Shown here: positions 62,331-64,000 of the stretch, one piece after another | Layout of the letters: each line of letters begins with the position of its first letter | How positions within the stretch are numbered: the stretch's first letter is position 1 | Source of the DNA: Anthoceros angustus | Taxonomy: Eukaryota; Plantae; Anthocerotophyta | Direction: 5' to 3' | Assembly: GCA_010909165.1 (NCBI GenBank) | Contig: VJWM01000223.1 | Coordinates: 124,001-188,000 of the forward strand | DNA length: 64,000 bases | Notes under the pieces: generated by a model | Databases searched by the model: none | Told to the model about the DNA's origin: nothing | The model's input: only the letters and a program-made list of their open reading frames with translations | Position numbers and translations under genes: made by a program

Positions 62331-64000
62331 CATTGATCGCCTGTTAGACTGCACTTCAGCCGTTATCCATTCATGTTTTCACGCATGCCACCCGATCTCA
62401 TTCCAATTGCATGGCTGACGCAATTGTTGACAAGTGTTACACGTTTCCTTTACTCCTCTTCGTTACAACCGGCTTTGCAACGCGTGCCAGCGAAGGCAAG
62501 TTTCATACATGAATCTGTTCGTTCACACGGCAATCGCAAAAAAACGTCTGCCATACACGCCGTCCAAGGCACGTGGAGGTTTTTGAAGGCGAGTTTCTTG
62601 TGCACACTTCATGTCAGAAACTTGGTGTGTGATGTATGCACTACCTCTAGGTGGAGGAATGTCTTGTACCGTGGTACTGAATGTGCACAGCTGTTTTGCA
62701 AAGACGCACAATTCATTGAGCGCTCCCACTACCTAGCAACCATTGCAACGTTGTTTGTCGTGGATGCCAAAAATTGGTATCCCAAGACGCTGGTCGATCG
62801 CACGCGGTACGCGCAGTCCGCGTAGTCGCTGCACATCGTCACGCGGTCCATGTCCTCTTTCGCACACCGGCGTCAAATCTTTTGCCCACCAGTTAGAATT
62901 ACACGACTCACCTTAGCATGGTCAGGGGCAAGGACATAGCGACTTACATGTCGTGGCGTGACGGTGTCCAGCGATCCCGCGCCTTTATTGCCAGCGCGCT
63001 CCATTTCCTGCCTGCCATACGACCATGTACGTCGTATACATACATATGGAATGCCCGTGGGGCGTACACGACGGACGCCATCGATGTGAACCACACACTT
63101 CAAAAAGCGCGTACAAGCGGGAGCGGAAATCCGGTTCCCTGACACTGGCGCTTCGTGTGGAGCCCGCAACTTCAGTGCACTCTTTAAAGCGAGACGAACC
63201 TGAATATTGTATTATAAGGGGCAGCTGCGAAAAGACGGGGAGGGCGGGTGATGGGAACACAATGCACCCGCCCGGGAAGGGAATAGTGTTATATGCAGGT
63301 GTAACAAAGGCAGGCTTGTATGCAAAGCCTATGCACGAAGCAAAAAATATAACGTTCTACAGGGCCGTAACAAGAACTGTGTCAAAAACCCATAACATGG
63401 GCACCATGTTTCTACTAGTGTGTGCTCACAGGATCTTATTGACTTCTGACCGTGTGTGAGTGAGGAGAATATATAACTTCAGTGGGTGTATGGCCACCAT
63501 TAAGCCTACAGTAATCTTGAGCTTGTGGAGGAGTGTTATGCTAGCCTCCACAAGACCCTAATTTTGATTAAATCTAAGTGTCAAGGAAATCTAATCAAAG
63601 TCTCTAGACATCGTTTGCTTACATCTTTTAGTCCAGTGCAAGTTGAGTTCATAGTATTAGCACTTCAACATATTTCTAATTTAAGTGTTAGTCCAATTAC
63701 TCTCATTTCTTCTTCTTCTCCTAATACTCTGCGACATGGCATCAGTGGAAGGTGCGACACTTTCAGCAGACCTACTTGATCCCAGAGGCGCACAAGGGCG
63801 GGATCATTCCATCCGCGCAATTCTCAATAAGTCAGATTCCGGAAGCGGTCATGGAAATGTTCTTATGACCTAAGAAAGAAGTTTGGTCTCATGGGAACGG
63901 CTGGAGGGTGTCCATGTTTAAGGAGCCCAAGTAGAACCTCTTTGTTAAGATATGGCTAGGACTTATTTGTGGGCCCGGAGGACCTACTTGGGGAACTCTC

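Larger units (their letters stand above)
53868..63420. mobile_element. CACTA (En/Spm) DNA transposon, 9553 bp, apparently non-autonomous
   Basis: Left TIR CACTACTAGAAACATGGTGCCCATGTTATGG; right end reverse complement CACTAGTAGAAACATGGTGCCCATGTTATGG (30/31 identical). A 3-bp TSD TGT lies at 53865-53867 and 63421-63423. Confidence 0.93.

Overview
Eukaryotic genomic DNA from a non-seed-plant-like streptophyte (short GT-AG introns, bryophyte-like protein sequences; species not determinable). Five conserved housekeeping genes lie on the minus strand: ORC4 (runs off the window start), a PDIL5-1-like thioredoxin, NADK2, a TVP38/TMEM64 protein and a ~13.5 kb UPL1/2-type HECT ligase. The last four form a compact block at 30.6-52.0 kb, flanked by repeat- and transposon-rich zones. 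The main discovery is a phase-consistent 4-exon gene model at 27065-29382 (645 aa). It joins a Cys-rich motif and a trihelix (Myb/SANT-like) DNA-binding domain to an HpcH/HpaI aldolase barrel whose two metal ligands appear lost, and it is surrounded by about eight scrambled, decayed copies embedded in AT-rich arrays and long inverted repeats. Other highlights: a 9.55 kb CACTA element (31-bp TIRs, TGT target-site duplication) holding a Ty3/gypsy remnant with a C5 DNA methyltransferase fragment, a prokaryote-type N4/N6 amino-methyltransferase remnant near a Helitron-like hairpin end, and two CRE-type non-LTR fragments. All homology calls come from reading motifs by eye; no database search was run. 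Some indel-rich tandem duplications could be assembly artefacts.
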